A DNA stretch of 43,127 nt, from positions 39,993-83,119 of the forward strand of contig PS015502.1 in assembly GCA_048213135.1 (NCBI GenBank), in the 5' to 3' direction. The notes below the pieces were generated by a model. That model did no database searches. It was given only the letters and a program-made list of their open reading frames with translations, and was not told the DNA's origin. This DNA is from Reclinomonas americana ATCC 50394. Taxonomy: Eukaryota. The position numbers were made by a program, and so were the translations under genes. Below, one piece after another: positions 25,101-37,374 of the stretch; the stretch's first letter is position 1, and each line of letters starts with the position of its first letter.

Positions 25101-26030
25101 GTTCAGTGCCGGTCGTCATTATGTCGAAGTGGAGATCACAGGCGACAACGGCGAGGTAAGTATTTGATGAAATTGCTTCTTGTAGGGTGTTTCGAGTTCT
25201 CATTCTCTCGCACTTGGCACAGTATTATGTGGCCGTCGGAGTGGCGCGCAGTGACATCAACGTTGACAGCGACCTCGGCTGCCACGACACCAAGAGCTTT
25301 GGCTATTGGTCATTAGGTGCGGAACGAGGGGGGTCCTCGGCTTTCTCTTTTCTCTTTTCTGCCTGTCACGCAAGCCCCCAAAGCCGAATTGGTGTCGCGC
25401 GAGTTCCACGCGGCACTAATGGTCATGGCATTGCAAGATTGAGAAAAAGGGAGTGGTGTAGTGGTTGCAGCAGAGTGGGCTCCGTGTGCCACACAACTTG
25501 TGGATCACGTGTGCCTCGGTTGAAGAGCACTTTTGAGGCGTGCTTGGGTTTTAGCGCCTCTTTACATGCGGCTGCACCAGCACGTCGCAGGGGTTGTGAC
25601 TTTGCTGACACTCGTGATATCATCGTGTGTGTGGTACACTTGTCTATCGGTTGCACACTGTTCCACCTCCTTCCGAGCGAACCCCAGGCCGCTCGTGCCC
25701 AGCGATGAGCTTGTGACTCGCGCATGAGCGAAGTGGGTACTTTCGCACATTTTTTCTCCTATTCCTCCTCCTCCTCCTCTTCCTCCTCTGCCGTCGCCTG
25801 TCTCTTCTGTTGCCGTTCTCTTGGTGCGCAACTAATGTCGTTGGTGCAGGCAAGCTATACCCGAACAATGTGCAGTACGGCGAACGCTTCACCAAGGGTG
25901 ACCGCGTGGGCGTCTTTTTGGATTTCACCGCTGGCACTCTCCACTTTTACAAGGTGCGTTCACGCAGCTGTGCCTCGTTTCTTACCCCGTGTGCGCGCAT
26001 CTCTCATCCTCCACCTCATACAGAACGACC
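22113..26030 (+). CDS. BTB/POZ-BACK-SPRY domain protein (3' end runs into the assembly gap)
   Basis: Q/P/H-rich N-terminus. BTB: FADFTLV...RVHRILLSHQSGYFRALLSGDFREKDE, FPTLLEYFYTGSVEV. BACK-like: LLSSDMLHVESEMTVY, IRFSFLT. SPRY: GRHYVEVEI, VAVGVA, SFGYWS, YGERFTKGDRVGVFLDFTAGTLHFYK|N. Confidence 0.88.
25370..25755 (+). ncRNA. Candidate structured non-coding RNA inside the 533-nt intron (25317-25849) of the BTB-SPRY gene; class undetermined
   Basis: Multiple helices with G-U pairs on the + strand (25388-25399/25409-25420; 25479-25501/25705-25729; 25535-25540/25555-25560; 25578-25589/25595-25607). ANANNA-type AGAAAA at 25442, ACA at 25747-25749, then TTTTTT. Confidence 0.5.
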
Positions 26031-27025
26031 NNNNNNNNNNNNNNNNNNNNNNNNNNNNNNNNNNNNNNNNNNNNNNNNNNNNNNNNNNNNNNNNNNNNNN
26101 NNNNNNNNNNNNNNNNNNNNNNNNNNNNNNNNNNNNNNNNNNNNNNNNNNNNNNNNNNNNNNNNNNNNNNNNNNNNNNNNNNNNNNNNNNNNNNNNNNNN
26201 NNNNNNNNNNNNNNNNNNNNNNNNNNNNNNNNNNNNNNNNNNNNNNNNNNNNNNNNNNNNNNNNNNNNNNNNNNNNNNNNNNNNNNNNNNNNNNNNNNNN
26301 NNNNNNNNNNNNNNNNNNNNNNNNNNNNNNNNNNNNNNNNNNNNNNNNNNNNNNNNNNNNNNNNNNNNNNNNNNNNNNNNNNNNNNNNNNNNNNNNNNNN
26401 NNNNNNNNNNNNNNNNNNNNNNNNNNNNNNNNNNNNNNNNNNNNNNNNNNNNNNNNNNNNNNNNNNNNNNNNNNNNNNNNNNNNNNNNNNNNNNNNNNNN
26501 NNNNNNNNNNNNNNNNNNNNNNNNNNNNNNNNNNNNNNNNNNNNNNNNNNNNNNNNNNNNNNNNNNNNNNNNNNNNNNNNNNNNNNNNNNNNNNNNNNNN
26601 NNNNNNNNNNNNNNNNNNNNNNNNNNNNNNNNNNNNNNNNNNNNNNNNNNNNNNNNNNNNNNNNNNNNNNNNNNNNNNNNNNNNNNNNNNNNNNNNNNNN
26701 NNNNNNNNNNNNNNNNNNNNNNNNNNNNNNNNNNNNNNNNNNNNNNNNNNNNNNNNNNNNNNNNNNNNNNNNNNNNNNNNNNNNNNNNNNNNNNNNNNNN
26801 NNNNNNNNNNNNNNNNNNNNNNNNNNNNNNNNNNNNNNNNNNNNNNNNNNNNNNNNNNNNNNNNNNNNNNNNNNNNNNNNNNNNNNNNNNNNNNNNNNNN
26901 NNNNNNNNNNNNNNNNNNNNNNNNNNNNNNNNNNNNNNNNNNNNNNNNNNNNNNNNNNNNNNNNNNNNNNNNNNNNNNNNNNNNNNNNNNNNNNNNNNNN
27001 NNNNNNNNNNNNNNNNNNNNNNNNN
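26031..27025. other. Assembly gap (995 N) hiding the 3' end of the BTB-SPRY gene and the 5' end of the next gene
   Basis: Run of N. Confidence 1.
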
Positions 27026-30000
27026 GCTGTCATCGACCCCCGCCGGCGCTGGCGCCACTGGACCTCTCTCGCTCACGCTTTCCTACGATGATGGGAGGCG
27101 GCGACTTGGGCCGGATGGCGATGAAGACGACGAGGAGGACGACGATGATGATGATGATGACGACGATGAGGATGACTTGGATGAGGATGATGATGGAGAG
27201 GAGGAGGACACGGCGCAGATGGAGAGTGCGCGAGGTGTGGATGACGATGGTGGAGGCATTGGTGTTTCTCGGTACGTGTGTGTGTGTGTGTGCTTGTGCA
27301 TGCGGTGCGAGGGAATGACAACTGAGATGCAATGCAGGCGGCGGTCGCGGTTGCGGCGCGCGGCGCGTCAGCCGTCGCTGCAGGAGTTGCCAGGGTTTGT
27401 GTTCGTAAAGTGCCGCGCAGGGTGCGTTCGACCTGACGCGGTCTCTTTCTGTGTCTGTGTGTGTGTTCCCCCGCGCGCAGTGTGCTGCCAATTCCGATGG
27501 AGTGGGAGATCGCATTCTACGCGCTGGCGCACTTGGTCTTCAAGCAGGGGGCGCTGGACGATGCGAATCGTGATCCAGTGACCTTTATTCCGGAGAGTGC
27601 GGCCGCGGCAGTTCGCCTCGTTTCGTATGCCGCGATGGCTGAGAGCGTGTGTGAGTTGAGGTGACTGAAAAACTCGCGACCATTAGGGTCTAGCGCCCGG
27701 TACCTCCGACCCCAAGGCCAATCGACGACTTGAAGCCATTGCACGCGTGCTGGTGGAGGCGTTTGACGAGCAGGACGTGAGCAGCGACATGATCAAGGCG
27801 TTTGTGGACTCGTCAGCAGATCGCTCTGACGCGTTTGCCGAACTGCCGTTGCGTGTTGTGCTGCGACTCCACGTCTGCCTACTCACTCACCCATTCACTT
27901 TCCACTGCCGCGCCTGCCTATTTTTGCAGTCGGATGGGAGATGAGGTCCGTGACCGCACTGGCAAGCTGGTGCAGCGCTACAAGTTCTTCCAGCCCCAGT
28001 GGCAGAGTGTGTTTGGTGCCGGCCATCGCGCACGCAACCTGGACGCTCTCAAGCAAGCCATTGTTCGCATGCGCACCGCGTACAACCGCTCTGGTGTGCA
28101 CGTGCATGTGGATGTGTGCGATCCAGTTGTCGGTTCTCACTGATCGCTCGCCCTGCAGATCTGGCAGAGGAAATGGTGCGACGCCGATCCGACGATGCAC
28201 GCATGCTGGAGCGCATTGACAAGGGACTCCGGCTGCGCTTGAGTCATCTGCTGAAGAAGGAGGTGTTCTTCTATCGGTGAGACATGCCCTTCTATTGATG
28301 TGCATGTTGCACTCGCACGTGGACTCATCAAGTCTGCAGCTACGTGTGGGTCAACGGAGCGCACTATTATTTGTGCTTGTGCGCCAAGAGCTTCTGCCTT
28401 GTGCGTGGCAAGCCGCTGCGCGACGTCGACAGCGTACTGTACGCACACATTACGCGTATCACGGAGGACGAGGAAGACATGGGACTTGTGCAGCTGACCA
28501 TCCAGAACCACGTTGCGCTGGCACTCGGTGTGCTCACAAGATCGTTGAGTGCATGCAATTCACACTCTGTGCGTGCACAGGACGACCTCTTTATCCAGGC
28601 GGACTGTCTTCGCGAGATCGTCACCGAGCTGTGTGTGCAGTGGAAGACCGACTACATGATGCGCAAGCGCGAGGTGAAGAACATTGCCGTGGAACGCGGC
28701 ATCTGCCGCTTCCCGCGTGGCCTCAAGCGCCCGTACGAACAGTACGCATCGTTCATTACGCCGCCGTTTGGGTGCGTTGTGTGGGTGCGCTTGCGATGTT
28801 GGTGCACATGCATGCTCACTCTGCGCGTGAGCAGCATGAGCCTCGTGCGCTTCGGTGTGGGTGAGCACACAAACCATTACTTCTTTTTCAAGCCCGACAA
28901 CTTCGTCTTCAATCAGCAACGCACGGATGCGATTCTTCGCCGACACCGCGATGAGGATCAGCAGCGGTTCGCCGAGAGGAAGCCACCGAAACATCGTGAT
29001 CGTCAGTACCTGGCATTCCACAATGGTTTGCATTGTTGATGCACACAGGCGTGATTGTATCGCTGACAAATCTGTGGCAGAGACGGAGACTCCACCAGTG
29101 GCGTTCCTCACGGTCGAAGTGAAGCCGCCCAAGGTTGTTCACTTTGTCAATCGCAGTGACAAGATTGTGTGTCGCCTGAAGGCCGAGACGCGAGCCAAGC
29201 GCGTGTTTGTTGCGTGCCAGTGCGCCGTCATGACTGTACCCCCCTCCAGTGTCTCACTTCGAAGTGCAGAATGTGTTCGAGGACTTTGAGTCCATGCGGT
29301 CGCACTCGTACCGCAAGCGCGCAAATCTTTCGTGTGATCCCTCCACGTGGTACTGCCATGAGGTTCGTAAGAGAGGGAGAGAGCGGTTGTGCTTTGTTGC
29401 TCAACGATATCGGTGATTTATAGGTGCATCTCAAGTCGGGGAAGCGCTCAGTTGGCGTCATTTACGCTCGTCGCAAGTGTTCGTCACCGTTATTTGTTTG
29501 TACCCCGTCTCCAATTGTTGCGTCGGCTAATGTCGCTATGTGTGTGTGCGCGCACAGTCATTCCGCCGGATGCCGACACATATCAGGACTTTGTGCTTGT
29601 GCTGGAGCAGAACCGCACCAGCGTGGACGGTAAGATGATGCGCGTGCGTGTGCCGCAGATCTATTCGTGATTGACCATGTTGGACACACTTTGGCAGCCT
29701 CCGTGAAGCAAACTCGAAAGGATTTGACTGGTTTGTTACTTGAGTGTGCGCACATGCACGTTGCCACCGTGCACTAAGTGTTGGCGTTGTGTGCAGCTGA
29801 GCTGTGGGAGAAGATTCATCTGTATGACAAGCTCCACTATGACAGCAAACGCAGCTTCCAACAGCGTGTCCTCGATCCCATTGGTGAGCACGTGAGCGCA
29901 ACCAAGTATCTCACAATCGTGTTTCACACTGTCTTCTGGGTGCAGACGGCAGTCAAAAGGTGCTCTTCAGTGACGAGATTGTTCGACCGCGGCGGCAGGA

Positions 30001-33000
30001 CGATGGCGCGAATGGTTTGCACACACATACAATTAGCATGACGCGTTCCCTTGTAGACTCACGTCAAGCGTTCCCCCTGGACAGCGGAGGAGGTGAATCA
30101 AGCGATTGTCATCACCAACTGGGGTGTGTATTTTGTGGAGCCAGCGTTTCAGGATTCACTGCGCGAGTCCTTCTCCTGGCATCATGTGCATCGTTGCGTC
30201 ACTTCTTCCTCTCTAACTACGAGGGTGCGTTCTCACGGCAGTGCAGGCGTCGAGATCCACGACTTCACCACGGCGCCGTCGTCGGACGGCTTTATCCACG
30301 TGCCGGATCCCGACGTCATTGGCAATTCATCCCGCAGCAGTGTGACCAATGTCAACACGACGCCTTCAGAGCTCTTGCTCCGGCCAGGACTGCTGTACAT
30401 GCGCCTTGTTCGCCTGGAGGTGCGCGCCGAGTCGTTTGCTCGTCATGGCCGCAGTCGTGTGTCACAGTGCTGGGTTGTTTGTGCTGCAGCGCGCGGCTGG
30501 CCATTCGAGTACATACATTGGTCCGCTGTTTGCCTGCGCCAACCGGAACACCCTTGTGCCGCTGGTGTGCCGCATCATGAAGCTGCTCGTCAGTCGTCCG
30601 ATCATGCCGTGGGTTGCGTTCGACCATCCTTTTGTTTGAGTTGTGGTAACGATGCCCGCTCGGAACTGACAGACATTGGTGTGCAGACCTTCCAAGACGG
30701 CGTCCCTGTTGGCGATGTTGGTGGCCCCTTGCAGCCCGGCGACACACATGGCACTCAACTGCGAGGCTCCGAGAGTCGAGTCGATCTCGACGTGGACCCC
30801 GTGGTGAATGCCATCGGCACCGAGTTGTCTACGGGTTCGTGAGTTTTTCGCGATATGTATCCTCGTCTCCGCACCAGCTAATGATGATGATGATGATGCA
30901 CGCAGATGTATTCATGGCACCACTGCAAGAAATGTGTGACACCCTATCGCACTTCCCCATCGAGTTCCAGTACGACTTGCTGCGCATGCGTGCCAAACTG
31001 GAGACCTTGGCATATCCTTTGTTCTTGCTCGTTCCCCGCTCAGTGTGTATTGTCGTGTGACACTTGACTCGGTTGTTTGCGTGCGCCACTGTTGACGTCC
31101 CGACGTTGGAGTGGGCAGACGTGCATTTGCAGATGCGACCGGTGCTGGAGACCATTCGAGATCATCCCGACCCGCAAGCTCGCAGATTCCCAGGTGCAAT
31201 CGGTCGCCTCAACTGCGCTATCGTGCCTCGCTTCGCCTCACACCACCCCCTTGTGCAGGACTGGAGTACGACGCCGAGCCAGAAACGCCAGCGCAGCGGT
31301 TGACCAGTCGTGATCGCGCCATGACTTTTTATCGCGCTGTGACGCAGCTCCTGGAGGAGACCAATCCCAACCTGGCCCGAGATTTCGAAAAGTTGAGCGC
31401 CCATGATGAGCGATGTGTCCTCATCCGCTGCACGCCAGTACTCACCTGTTATCTACGCGCAGTGATGATCCTTCGCGACCCGTGGACGAGCGCAAGGCGC
31501 TGTGCTGGGTGCGCCGTGGCGCGACAGTGGCCGATGTGATTGAGCATCTGGAGAACAATGTCGACTCGCCTGGTGAGAGCGGGGTGCTGCCACTGTGCGG
31601 AATGCCATTGATGAATTCGTTCACACGCCTTTGTTGCGCAAATGCAGAGGTGGCCACACCGAATCTGGTGATGCCTGAGAATGCTGGTACGTACCAGCCG
31701 GGGGGCGCTGCATCGTTCCACGCGTGCACTCATTGCTTGTGTGTGTTGCGCAGACATCAACGAGGAAGAAGTTCGCTTGATGTACCCACCGAAGCGAGCT
31801 GTAGTCATCAACGACACTGTGGTGTACTTCAAGTTCTACTTCCGCCCGCGCAATTCTGCGCAACTGGCGCAAGGAGTTGCGTCGCTGACTGCGTTGACGG
31901 CCACCCTGTCGGTAACTACGCACGCTCATCCGTGCGCGTGTAATAGGACGATGTGCCATACGACAGCCAGTACATCATTGTGCGAGTCGTCAACAAGTCG
32001 AACGTCGTTCTCAACGGCCCCATCCAGAGCGATGGGTTGCGTATCGGCGACGCACTACCGTACGAACCCTCGTATCGCTATGTCTTCCGCTGGAAGGTCT
32101 GTTGTTTGTCGCCAGCTGGCGCAACTGTAGATCTGTGTGCTCAACTGTAGGTAGGTGCCACCGACGGCGCTTGCCCTGCCGTCCAAGTCGTACCGACTGG
32201 AGGTGCATCACCGCAACTTGACGCAGCACGCATACTCCGAGTACTTCCCCATCGAGGTCTCCGAGGACTGGGAACGGTGGCGAGCAAGGCTCAGTGCCTA
32301 CCTAGCCTCGTTCATCGATGGCGTTCTGGGCTGTCCGTGCTCCCTTGCGGACGTGGTGGGCGCGGTCATTCAGTACGAGGAGGAACTGGCCGGCCGCATG
32401 TCGCGCCTGGTGAACACGCTGCTGTTGGTTGGTGGAACTCAAAGTGGTTTCAGGAGAGAAGGAGGTACTCATTGCTGTACTGCCACAGAAACCGTCGATT
32501 GCAGGTCTCGTGCACGGCGGCATGGCTGGCAGCCGTGGTGCGCTCATCGGTTCCACCGACTCCATACAGCGGCAGGGCACAGATTCGCGTTTCGCGGGTC
32601 GTGTTTCCACTGGTTCCATCCCAACGTGCGTGTTATGCGCTGTGTGGTTTCGATTGATTTGTGAGACTCATCATCATCATCATCATGTCGTTTTGTCGCA
32701 GGACCGTGACGGCAACGTCGTCGGGATCGCTACCAGTGGTGCAAGTTGTGGGCGAGGACGAGATTCACCAGGAGTCGCAGCGCACAAAGGCATTGCTGAA
32801 GCAGGTATCGTCATACGCACGCACGCGGAATGTGCACGCTGCCGTCTTTGACACAGATGTGATGCAGTTGCACGAGCTGCTGGATTACTTTATGCATCTG
32901 CGGCCAGTGGTTGGATCACTCGACATTATCACAGAGCACCCAAAGCTCGCCGATCGGGAGGGTTTGTGTTTGGCAGTCAGTGAGAACACAAGGGCTGTCG

Positions 33001-36000
33001 TGGTCATTTATTGACCTTTGAGGTGTGTCACCAGTGGCCACCATTCGCACGGCTGGTCCTGCGCAGCAGGCCCTGCCACCACTCGAGGTTGCTGCCGGCG
33101 ACTGGCTTCCAGGCATGGCGCCGTCGTCTGTCGGCTCGCCAATGTCTGTCGATGTGCGTTGTCGATTGGTTGATGACTTGAAACATGGTCGAAAGCTCAC
33201 TGTTTTATTCGTGTAGGGTGCCGGTATCGGCGTTGGCTTTGGTGGTGGAGGGGGCGGTTTCGGTCACTCACAGCCGCCGCGTGGAGGAGTGCAGGAACCG
33301 AGTTCGTTTTTGGCCAATGTCACATCAGCAGCGGCGGCTCCTGTGAGTTTTCTTCCGGTTGTTGTTGTTATGGTAGCATACATATCGCATGGTGCTCACG
33401 GTGGATGGATATCGTGCAGGGCTTTGGTGACGAAAGCGGCTCCGCAGCTGGCCGTGTGATGCGTGATGTGGCGCTGTCGCACGCTTCTGGCGCCGCTCCA
33501 AGCCTGGAAGTGGCGGATCCGTATCGTGTGGGTCGCGAGGCTGGTGCGGTGGCGTTCGCAGAGACCAGCGAAGCGCTGTGGCTGCTGGAGAAACGTTGAG
33601 TATCGTCGAGTGCACACACAGACACAAATAACTACATGATGCTGACTCTGATCACAGGTCTTCCGGTTCCGTCTGGCGGCCTTGCTGGTGATCGCAGCGG
33701 TACGCATCGCGAGGCTCGACCACGCGTCACCACAGCCTTTGTCGGAGAGGCGTTCAGTTATCAGATGATGCCCTTGCGGCAGCGGGTGAGATGCATGTTG
33801 CGACTCTCACGCACGTGCATGCCGAGTGCTCACTGCTGAAGATCCTCAGTTCCGTCGCGTCACTGAGCGACGCACCGAGCTGTTGGACGCCGACGAGGTT
33901 CGGTTCAAGGAGGAGCGCGGCCAGGTGGACTACCCGATCCTCGAGTACCGACCAGATCACTATCCACTTCGCGTGGAGAAGCTCGTCCGTTTCGCCTTCA
34001 ACGAGCACGTATTCCTTGCGCTGTTGGACGCCAAGTATTTCGAGTACGTGTTCCGCGTACGACCCGGTGAGAATGAGCAGGGTGAAGGGGAAAGTGAATC
34101 GGTGTGGTTGCTAACGTGTGTGCTGCAGACTCCGACCCGGATCTCATGCGCTTGGCGCAGCTGGAGGACGTGCTCAAGGCCGCTCGACCGCAACCTGATC
34201 TGGCCACAGTTGTTCGCTTGCGCCGACGCAGTGAGCGACAGTGTCGCATGTTACGGAGACACCGAATGATGATGGTGATGATGGATGACAGAGCACTGAA
34301 TCATTAGCTCTTCTGTGCAGGTTTGTCGGCTTCTTCATGCAGATTCTGCAGCAGCCGCTGCTGTCGGATCAGTTGGTGGCTGTTGTGTGCCAGTACCTTG
34401 CTGCATGGGTCACCAAGCGCTACTACATTCACCAGATCATGGCCTACTCGCACGAATGCATCACAACACTCCTTCGATTGTTCCCGGTACGCATGTGCGT
34501 ACTCCTCTGATGTTTGTCCGTGTTTCGCCAATGGCGATTGTTGCATGTGGCAGGGTTCCGACTTGTCAGTCGGACATGCGCACAAGGACGAGACAGCATT
34601 GATCACTGTGACCACCATGCTGATCAATCTCACGGCTACACCCGCTGCCGGCAACCGTGGTACGCACACACTGTCGCGGAGACTTGAGTGCCACTGTTGT
34701 TGTTCTTCTTGTTTGTCATCGTTATCACATTGTGCAGACATCTTGGCTCGCTCGCGAGGAACAACGGTCTGTGTGTCGGTCACTTTATCGATGGCCTTCT
34801 TTTTAGTAGTCTGGGCTCACTCTTGGCAACACAGGACGCACACAGCAGCCACACCGGCGATCATCTTGAGAGCGTACAAGAGGTTGCTCGTCGAAACATC
34901 TTCTTTCACGTTGCGTCTTTACGGTAATCCGTCGTCATTGTCATCCATTTGTTGTTAACAATTCGTCTCTGTCTGCAGTTGCGGCTCCTGCGACCATTGA
35001 TCAACCGGCTGTCGAAGCGCGATGTCCGGCTGTCGGCGTACCTTACCAAGCTCTTTGGCAACATTGTCAGCAACCCCGAGTCTCCCACGCGACCACTGCT
35101 GCTGCATCACGCTCGTGCGTCCACCGTGTGTGACCACCCACGGCGCACATTACCGTCAAGATTTTCTCACCGTATTGTGTGTCAGGTCTCACGGAGAAAC
35201 TGATTGCGTTGCTGGAGCCATCGCAATTCCCAACAAAGTCCAAGGAAGACATGTGGGACGCGGCGGCAAACTGCTTGTGGTGCGTAGTGCACTCTTTTGT
35301 TTGTTTGCATGTTCCACTAAAAGCTGCGTAGGAAAATGTGTCGTGCCGTCGACGACGTGCGCATGGCCGTGGTCAAGGACACCAGTGCTGTGCCATACCT
35401 CACTCGACTCCTGGCGCAGCGCTGCCCCAGTGACACCATGCGCTTGCAGAAGACTGTTGCGTCAATGGAACAGTGCTTTGCATGGTGGTGCATTTCGTCC
35501 CTCACGCTCGGCTCTTTGCCAGGTGGCGGGCACGTTGATGCATCTGTGCAAGAAGCCGGTGGTCACCGAAGACGGTCCAAACAAACAGGCCGAGGACGTG
35601 TGTCTGATGGCGCAAAACAAGGCACGCAAAGCCAACGCAGTGGCGTACCTGCTGGAGAACTTGAGGGTTTGTCTGATGATCATCAGAGGTTTTTGTTTCA
35701 GTGGACTGATTCACGATTGATAGGCGGCAAACACATCGCTCACGGACGCGGCCAACCCGCGAGAAGAGGCCGTGCAGCAGATGCTGAGTAGCATGACCAG
35801 TTTTGTCGGTAAGTCGCACTTTTGCAACATTTGTTCTTCATTTCAAGTCTCACCCCTTTTTTGCGTACAGCGTGTCTTCTGGCCTTGAGCGACAACCGCG
35901 AGTGTGTGGCACACATGTGCTCGTCGGCCTCGCCGACACGCGAGCTGCTGTCACAAATAAGAACGAAGCAGCAACGCATGCGGGACAGCTACGACACCGA

Positions 36001-36145
36001 AGAGCCCGTTATCCAGTTTTGGAGGTACCTCACGGCACTGGACGTGAAGCTGCAGCGGGAGGATGATCGACAGCGACGAGAGGCGACTGGTGTATCATCG
36101 CATGCATCAGTGGCCAGTGCAGCGGTCGCATCTGCGCCTGTCTGA
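27026..36145 (+). CDS. Very large uncharacterised protein with acidic N-terminal region, PH-like segment and C-terminal ARM-like helical repeats (5' end in the gap)
   Basis: A continuous chain of in-frame exons joined by short introns: a D/E tract (27115-27210), YVWVNGAHYYLCLCAKSFCLVRG...LCVQWKTDYMMR, and C-terminal ALITVTTMLINLT, VVKDTSAVPYLTRLL, VAGTLMHLC. Stop TGA 36143-36145. Domain calls are inference. Confidence 0.6.
31012..31089 (+). other. U12-type (minor spliceosome) AT-AC intron
   Basis: Donor ATATCCTTT, branch-like CACTTGAC, acceptor CAC|. Removal joins LETLA|VDVPTLEW in frame (phase 2) and eliminates the in-frame TGA at 31058-31060. Confidence 0.85.
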
Positions 36146-36189
36146 CGGGATGTAGTACAACGAAAAGGTTCTTCTTTTTTATCACAAGT

Positions 36190-37349
36190 TCATCGTCTGC
36201 CTCGAAAAGGTGCACGACGCTTCTGTCGCTGCAACTCGCGATCTTCGGCGACAGCCTTTTGGAGGTCGAACTCAAAGGCATCGCACTCGACGACGGGAGG
36301 CACCTGATCACTGCTGATCGGAGTCAATTGTGAGTCAGCACGCAGCAGCCTCAGTGACAGCGAAAACACACGAGCATGCAACTGATGCAGTTGAGGATCG
36401 TGACGGGTCGCCTTGTCCGGCGTCGGGAGCTGCACAATGGCGGAGAGTGCATCGCCAACAGTCGACGAATGCGACTGACAGTCGGACTCAAACACGAGAT
36501 CGTTGTGCCAGCTGGGGGTGCCTTCACCTTCGGATCCACACAGCGTCACCCCTTCCGGCCCGAAATCATCGAACGAAAGAGCTCCTTCGTAGACATCCGA
36601 ATCCTCCTCACACGCCAAGTCCACGTCGCTTGACATGTCGTCAACAGTTTCGTCGTCCAACACGTGAGTGGGACCGCGACCGGCCAGCTGGTACAAAGCT
36701 TGCGAGGCCTCCTGCTCCACAAGTGTCAGCATTTTTCGTTGCTCGCATTAATCACAGCGTCACCTCTCACCCGATGCATCTCAAACACGGAATGCCCACG
36801 TCCATGAACCGCCTGAATCTGTTACAACGCACGGGTGAGCAGGGAGTACCTGCACATGAAACAACTTCGAACATACCCGACCGTCCGGAAACAAAACAAC
36901 TCTTTGGCAGAGCAGAATAATGTCCACCAGCGGGTAATCCATGGTGTCACACAGGGGCTCCACAATGCTGCACAAGAGACGGACTTCTCGGCTGGTCAAC
37001 TGCCAGGCGCCGACGAGATCACCACAAAGCCGGACAACTTGACCTAATTGAAGTGATGGACCAATTCGTTCAATCGACCAATTTTCCCGAGCATGCACAC
37101 TGCGATCAATTCACCTGGCATCAGTCGAGCGCCCAGCGCACGATGGACCACGCAGCAGGCGTTGACATGGTGTCCGGTGCGGCGGAACAAAATGGAGACG
37201 TCGAATGAGTCGGCAAATATCGATGTTGAGTTTCGCCGCATGTGTGCTTCTGCTTGTCGGTGGTTATCGGTGGAGGACACTGAAACATGTGCCATGACAG
37301 CGCACAGTTCGCCTGCGGCAGCATCCTCACTTTCGACCTCTCTCCACAT
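36190..37349 (-). CDS. Hypothetical protein (multi-exon)
   Basis: ATG 37349 MWREVESEDAAAG...ARLMP|GQVVRLCGDLVG...LFHVQ|IQAVHGRGHSVFEMHR|EASQALYQLAGRG..., with an acidic middle region and GT-AG introns. The frame of the final exon is uncertain. Confidence 0.5.
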
Positions 37350-37374
37350 CTGGCGTGGTGTTCGTTTCGTTTTA

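Noticed and set aside
25447-25535. tRNA gene (A-box-like TGGTGTAGTGG and weak B-box-like GGTTGAA)
   Set aside because: The acceptor, D and T stems do not form properly and there is no TTCRA loop.
25544-25556. Telomere-like GGGTTTTAG or a telomerase template
   Set aside because: It is a single short copy in a hairpin loop. No 1.5-repeat C-rich template is present on the strand favoured by the G-U pairs.
25444-25563. U11 snRNA (starts AAAAAGGG, has ACTTTTG followed by a 3' hairpin)
   Set aside because: Tempting given the AT-AC introns, but there is no canonical Sm site and no clear AUCAAGA loop, and the segment pairs better as part of the longer rod. Not called without a covariance-model search.
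25724-27581. Long ORFs of 350-530 aa in the ORF track
   Set aside because: Artefacts of reading through the 995-N gap.
30857-30864. GTATCCTC as a U12-type GT-AG donor
   Set aside because: It lies inside an intron already explained by an upstream GTTCG donor that restores the frame, and an in-frame stop precedes it.
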